DNA of 64,000 bases from assembly GCA_947630405.1 (NCBI GenBank), contig CANRHL010000001.1, positions 20,822-84,821 of the forward strand, read 5' to 3'. Positions 59,909-64,000 of this stretch are shown piece by piece (position 1 is the stretch's first letter; each line of letters starts with the position of its first letter). This DNA is from an uncultured Clostridia bacterium (GTDB taxonomy: Bacteria > Bacillota > Clostridia > Christensenellales > UBA1242). The position numbers were made by a program, and so were the translations under genes. Under the pieces are notes generated by a model. The model was not told where the DNA came from. It saw only the letters and a list, made by a program, of their open reading frames with translations, and did no database searches.

Positions 59909-60004
59909 GTGTCGGGCCACAACACGTGTCCAAGTTTACTCTCTTTTCGGGAGTGAACTTCGGTCCCCCAGATTTCCTCGCTTGAACATACTAATATTAT
60001 ACTG

Positions 60005-60045
60005 CCTCGATTGAGTCATGTCAAATATTTTTGACTCATTTGAGG
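60005..60045. promoter_or_regulatory. imperfect 14-bp inverted repeat, candidate operator of the XRE regulator
   Basis: cctcgattgagtca (60005-60018) versus tgactcatttgagg (60032-60045). Confidence 0.45.
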
Positions 60046-60057
60046 CATATTTTTTAT

Positions 60058-60285
60058 ATGGAATTAATTGAAAAGTTATCGCGTATGTTTGCAAAGCGCT
60101 TAAAAGAACTTATGAAAGAAAGGCAATTGAGCGTTTCTGGATTATCGCGCGAAACGGGTTTGCCTAGAACAAGCATATCCAATTGGCTAAATTTAAAAAG
60201 AACACCAATGATTGATGCGCTTTATGTTTTGTCGAACTATTTTGAAGTTTCAATTGATTATCTTTTAGGGAGAGTTGATTTATAA
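60058..60285 (+). CDS. XRE-family HTH transcriptional regulator
   Basis: FAKRLKELMKERQLSVSGLSRETGLPRTSISNWLN. Confidence 0.75.
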   Translation: MELIEKLSRMFAKRLKELMKERQLSVSGLSRETGLPRTSISNWLNLKRTPMIDALYVLSNYFEVSIDYLLGRVDL

Positions 60286-60376
60286 GAAAAAATTTGTCGA
60301 AAGCAATTTTTTTGATTTATTTATTGACAACCTTCCTTTTTTTTGTTAAAATATTTTCGTTTAAAAGGAGCAGAAC

Positions 60377-60511
60377 ATGAAACAAACTTATCAGCCTAAG
60401 AAAAAACAACGCAGTAAAGTTCACGGCTTTAGGGCCAGAATGAAAACTTTATCTGGCAGAAAAGTTTTAAAAAGGCGCAGAAACAAGGGCAAACAAGAAT
60501 TAACTAAATAG
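60377..60511 (+). CDS. rpmH: 50S ribosomal protein L34
   Basis: [44 protein letters not shown] read directly (44 aa, below the track cutoff); AAGGAG RBS. Confidence 0.95.
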   Translation: MKQTYQPKKKQRSKVHGFRARMKTLSGRKVLKRRRNKGKQELTK

Positions 60512-60524
60512 GAGAACGCGGCCA

Positions 60525-60872
60525 ATGCTTTCTAGCAAAAATCGTTTAAAAAAACGCAAAGAATTTAATTATATCTATAAAAAAGGCACAGTTATTCACG
60601 CACCGGATTTTAGTGTACATTTCGTGCGCGCCTATAAAAAATATCCGCAAATCGGCATTTCGGTTAGCAAACAGGTGGGCAACAGTGTGGTTAGGAGCCG
60701 CGTTAAGCGCATAATTAGCGAGGCGTGCAGGCTAAACATTGCGCACTTTGATGTTAAAAATTATGTGTTCACGGCAAAACCTTCTATTGTTAACAAAAAG
60801 TCCACAGACATTGAAACGCAACTTGTTAACATGCTTAAAAAGAACAAACTTTATGTGGATTTAGAGAGTTAA
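60525..60872 (+). CDS. rnpA: ribonuclease P protein component
   Basis: Follows rpmH; LKKRKEFNYIYKKG ... VSKQVGNSVVRSRVKRI. Confidence 0.9.
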   Translation: MLSSKNRLKKRKEFNYIYKKGTVIHAPDFSVHFVRAYKKYPQIGISVSKQVGNSVVRSRVKRIISEACRLNIAHFDVKNYVFTAKPSIVNKKSTDIETQLVNMLKKNKLYVDLES

Positions 60873-60873
60873 A

Positions 60874-61152
60874 ATGTGGTTTAGAATTTATTATGTTTTA
60901 ACCTATCCGCTCACGCTCATTGCACTTGCGCTTTTGTGGATTTATAGGAAGGTGCTTACCTTTTCAAAGGGGAAGTCGTGCCGATTCACTCCAACTTGCA
61001 GCCAATATGCGTGGGCTAGTGTGCTTGAATTTGGCGCGATTTGGGGTGGTGTGCTTACGGCAAGGCGGCTAGTTAAATGCAGGCCGAATCACCCTGCCGG
61101 AATAGATATGCCAAAATTAAACTTATATGGGAATTATAAATGGAAATGTTAA
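60874..61152 (+). CDS. yidD: membrane protein insertion efficiency factor YidD
   Basis: CRFTPTCSQYAWASVLEFG. Confidence 0.9.
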   Translation: MWFRIYYVLTYPLTLIALALLWIYRKVLTFSKGKSCRFTPTCSQYAWASVLEFGAIWGGVLTARRLVKCRPNHPAGIDMPKLNLYGNYKWKC

Positions 61153-62174
61153 ACGCAGTTAGCACAATGCTTGCAGCCGATTTATGGGTTAACCTCATTA
61201 ACCTATTTGCAAAATGGGTGGTGAATTTCGGCTGGGCAATTATTTTATTTACGGTTGTTTTAAAACTAGTGATTAGTCCACTAGATATTTTGCAACGCGT
61301 GGCAAGCAACAAGCAAACGCGAGTTATGAGCGTTATGCAGCCGCAACTTAACGCTTTGCAAGAAAAATATGGCAACAACAAAGAAAAACTTAACCAAGAA
61401 ACTAACAAACTTTATAAAAAATACAACACTGGGCTAGGTGGCATGTGCATTATTATGCTGGTAACCATGGTGCTAAACATCGTTATTGTGTTCACGCTTT
61501 ATAACACGGTTAGAAATTATGGTAACGACATTTTGTATGATAACTATTATCAACTAGATGCCGTTTATAAGGATGCAGAAACATCGGCTTCAAGCGATTT
61601 AGATGCAGATGGCGTTAAAAATTATGCAATTGAAATGACGCAAGAAAAGTATGACGAACTTGCAAAACAAAATAGTTGGCTTTGGGTTAAAAATGTTTGG
61701 AAAGGCGACATTAACACTAGCCAATACGTTGGGTTTGATGACTTTGCAAATCACTTTAATTTGCAGGGTGCCGAACGCGATGCTGCCAAAGCAAGATACG
61801 ATGTTATAACGGCAGAAGTGGGTGGCGGCAGCGCTGCAAACGGAAATTATGTACTGATAATTTTAGCGGCGGTGGTTAGTTTTGTAACGCAACTAATTTC
61901 AATGCTGCTACTAAAACCAAAAGGTCAAAAACTGCCAATGATGAACAAAATTATGATGGCAATTATTCCAATCACCATGATTATATTGGCATCAACGTCA
62001 AACGTAATTTACACACTGTATGTTATCGTCAACTCGCTTGTAACGGCATTAATTTCAACCTTAATTTCGCTGATTATGAACAAGATAAACAAAAAATATG
62101 AAGGCAACGAAGACCTTCTTTTGAAAAAGAAAAAAGTTGAAGTTGTTGAATATTCCCGCAATTACAAGAAATAA
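61140..62174 (+). CDS. yidC: membrane protein insertase YidC/OxaA
   Basis: PLDILQRVASNKQTRVMSVMQPQLNALQEKYG..., multiple TM helices, synteny. Confidence 0.9.
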   Translation: MEMLNAVSTMLAADLWVNLINLFAKWVVNFGWAIILFTVVLKLVISPLDILQRVASNKQTRVMSVMQPQLNALQEKYGNNKEKLNQETNKLYKKYNTGLGGMCIIMLVTMVLNIVIVFTLYNTVRNYGNDILYDNYYQLDAVYKDAETSASSDLDADGVKNYAIEMTQEKYDELAKQNSWLWVKNVWKGDINTSQYVGFDDFANHFNLQGAERDAAKARYDVITAEVGGGSAANGNYVLIILAAVVSFVTQLISMLLLKPKGQKLPMMNKIMMAIIPITMIILASTSNVIYTLYVIVNSLVTALISTLISLIMNKINKKYEGNEDLLLKKKKVEVVEYSRNYKK

Positions 62175-62197
62175 TACCTTGTCACCCTGAGCGTATC

Positions 62198-62230
62198 GGG
62201 GTCCCCGTAAGAACTTTGTTCGCAACGGGG
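62198..62230 (-). repeat. dispersed hairpin repeat, copy 3 (inverted orientation, compensatory stem changes), nested in gtcaccctgagcg ... gtcgaagggtc
   Basis: Reverse complement ccccgt-tgcgaacaaagttctt-acgggg-acccc versus ccccac-tgcaacattcgtttt-gtgggg-acccc. Confidence 0.55.
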
Positions 62231-62399
62231 AGAAAGTCGAAGGGTCTAATAATTAAAAGGGCAAGAAAAATTTTTAAAGCAAAAGCGAGAGTTGCGAAAA
62301 AGTCTTGCCTTTTTTCTTTTAATATGATATAATATATTTTGAAATTAATATATTTTTAGTTTTTAATTTTTAATTTTGTAATTTTAAAAGGAGAATATT

Positions 62400-63131
62400 A
62401 TGCAAATAGAAGCAACAGGCAAAAGCGTGGAGTTGGCAATTCAAAATGGTCTTTTGGAGTGCGGCAAAAAACGCGAAGAAGTTGAAATTAAAGTGATTGA
62501 TAATGGTGGGCTTTTTAAAAAGGCAAAAGTGGTTTTATCTTGGGGAGAGCAACAGGCGGAGCCCGAAGTTGAAAGTGGAGCAACTGAGCCAAGCGAGGAA
62601 AAGGCGGAAGTGGTTGCCGAAGAGCAAGCAAGCGAACAACCAGCAGAAAAAGAAAAGCCAAAACGCGTTGTGGATACCACCCGTTTGCAAGAAAGAGGCA
62701 AAGAATTTTTACTTGGCCTTGCGCATTTTGTTGACGAATCCGCCACGGTTGAAGTGACTGCTGGCGAAAACGAAGTTAGTTTTGCCGTTAAGGGCGAAAA
62801 CATGGGCAAATTGATTGGTTATCACGGCGAAAATATTCAAGCAATCCAAGTTTTGTTAAGCGGCTTAAAGTTAAGGAGTGAAGGTCCAGTTAGATTATAT
62901 TTGGATATAGACGGATATAAATCCAACCGCAATCAATCGATTGTCGATTTGGCAAATAAGGTGGCAGAACAAGCCATTAAAATTGAACGCAACATTCATC
63001 TAGACCCTATGAACGCATACGATAGACGCATCGTGCACATAACCTTGCAAGATAGGGACGATGTTACAACCGAATCCACCGGCGAAGGCGAAAAACGCCA
63101 CGTGGTTATTAAACCTATCTTTAGAAAATAA
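62400..63131 (+). CDS. jag: Jag/KhpB RNA-binding protein (Jag-N, KH, R3H)
   Basis: C-terminal LDPMNAYDRRIVHITLQ R3H motif; synteny after yidC. Confidence 0.9.
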   Translation: MQIEATGKSVELAIQNGLLECGKKREEVEIKVIDNGGLFKKAKVVLSWGEQQAEPEVESGATEPSEEKAEVVAEEQASEQPAEKEKPKRVVDTTRLQERGKEFLLGLAHFVDESATVEVTAGENEVSFAVKGENMGKLIGYHGENIQAIQVLLSGLKLRSEGPVRLYLDIDGYKSNRNQSIVDLANKVAEQAIKIERNIHLDPMNAYDRRIVHITLQDRDDVTTESTGEGEKRHVVIKPIFRK

Positions 63132-63175
63132 ATGGCGCGCAGCAAACTAAATAAAAAGTGGCATGTGCCACTTTT

Positions 63176-63430
63176 TTATTTTAAATTGGGTTTTATGCGG
63201 GCAATTTCTTTTTTAATTTCGTTTATTACAACCTCAATTTTTGTTAGGCTCATTAAAGCGTTATAATTTTTCATGCGCTCAAAATCGTTAGTGCCGGCAA
63301 CAAACATATCGCAATCCTTTTTTAAACTGCGCCGCTCCAAACAATGCCCACACGAAACTTTATAAAGACCGTCCCTTTTATCAAACCCATAATGTTGAAT
63401 ATAAAATTTGCAATTTTCACAATTACTCAT
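63176..63430 (-). CDS. small Cys-rich (zinc-binding?) protein, 84 aa
   Basis: CENC ... CGHC pairs; GGAGAG RBS. Confidence 0.5.
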   Translation of the reverse strand: MSNCENCKFYIQHYGFDKRDGLYKVSCGHCLERRSLKKDCDMFVAGTNDFERMKNYNALMSLTKIEVVINEIKKEIARIKPNLK

Positions 63431-63640
63431 TTTTCTCTCCTTTTAAGATTTTGATATATTACAAAATATTTTTATAAAATGTATAAAATTTTCAAAAAAA
63501 ATTTCAATGGATACTTTTTGTATCAAAATTTTGGAATTTGGATACTTTTAGTATACATTTTAACAATTTTATTTGACTTATTTGTTGGTGTTTTGATATA
63601 CTATACTAGAATTTTTTATAAAAATTTTAAGGAGAAAATT

Positions 63641-64000
63641 ATGGAGAACAACGATTTACTAAACGAATTTGAAATTAAAGTTGATAAGGTTAAAAGGCTT
63701 GAAGCTTCGGGCGAAAAAGCGTATAAAGCAAAATTTAACAAAACGCACGAAATTCACGACCTTGAAAAATATGAATTAGGCACGCACGTTTCTATTGCTG
63801 GGCGCATGACTTTTAAACGCACTTTTGGCAAACTTATTTTTGCTCGCCTTTATTCAATTGGCGATAATTTTGATTATGATTTATCCAAGCCTATTCGCAC
63901 AAGTGTGCAGATAAGTTTAAGCCAAAATATTGTGGGCGAGGAAAGGTTAAAATATTTTAAAGAGTTTTGCGACATTGCCGACCATATTGGCGTAACCGGC
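63641..64000 (+). CDS. lysS: lysine--tRNA ligase, N-terminal part (runs off the window)
   Basis: AAGGAG RBS, ATG at 63641. OB-fold anticodon-binding region VSIAGRMTFKRTFGKLIFARL; open to the window end. Confidence 0.8.
   Translation, partial: MENNDLLNEFEIKVDKVKRLEASGEKAYKAKFNKTHEIHDLEKYELGTHVSIAGRMTFKRTFGKLIFARLYSIGDNFDYDLSKPIRTSVQISLSQNIVGEERLKYFKEFCDIADHIGVTG

Noticed and set aside
1-64000. A CRISPR array, rRNA genes, transposase/IS elements, and the alternative genetic code 4 (TGA = Trp).
   Set aside because: No regularly spaced direct repeats, rRNA-like sequence or DDE/serine transposase motifs were seen. TGA functions as a stop at coupled junctions (5395, 6582, 8744, 30777), and long ORFs are intact under code 11.

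Overview
AT-rich bacterial chromosome segment using the standard genetic code (TGA is a stop at several coupled gene junctions), with Firmicutes/Mollicutes-like gene content. It lies at the replication origin: recF, galE, dnaA, a DnaA-box cluster and dnaN sit at 37-42 kb, and rpmH-rnpA-yidD-yidC-jag at 60-63 kb.

Left edge: trpS is followed directly by tRNA-Trp, then by a short ThrRS-like class II synthetase. Neither synthetase gene has a recognisable T-box. Each is preceded by a tiny leader ORF rich in the cognate codon (MFNSFIWWRW; MKNALVLQLNITTTTVSK), alternative hairpins and intrinsic terminators. I rate this pair as the most novel signal in the window.

From about 3.2 to 32.3 kb lies a roughly 29 kb integrative conjugative element (ICE); its exact ends are not resolved. 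It starts with a LexA-box-controlled Com-like zinc-ribbon gene and a highly structured leader. It then encodes:
- an HTH protein and a sigma-region-4 regulator
- a relaxase, a VirD4-type coupling protein and a 1458-aa repeat adhesin
- a structured GC-rich intergenic element
- VirB2/VirB6/VirB3-B4-like T4SS genes
- an ArdC-N-like protein and two BspA-type LRR surface proteins
- a 1923-aa polyvalent methylase/SNF2-helicase protein
- a primase and an orphan m5C methyltransferase
- a degenerate recombinase paralog, Xis and a tyrosine integrase

The element ends next to tRNA-Arg(ACG) and a 5' tRNA-Arg fragment.

The remainder is chromosomal: mscS, a Ca-type P-type ATPase, an ABC-2 transporter, an APH(2'')-like kinase, tRNA-Leu, tdk, ttcA-like, tRNA-Ser with att-like scars, a ku/ligD NHEJ cluster, mscL, a collagen-like BclA-type protein, a small alarmone hydrolase and the 5' end of lysS.

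Other notable signals are several TATAAT-N6/7-ATG leaderless promoters, a dispersed hairpin repeat with compensatory base changes, an 11-nt identical 5' leader on two tRNAs, and an atypical divergent dnaA/dnaN arrangement. All family calls come from motif recognition by eye; no searches were run.
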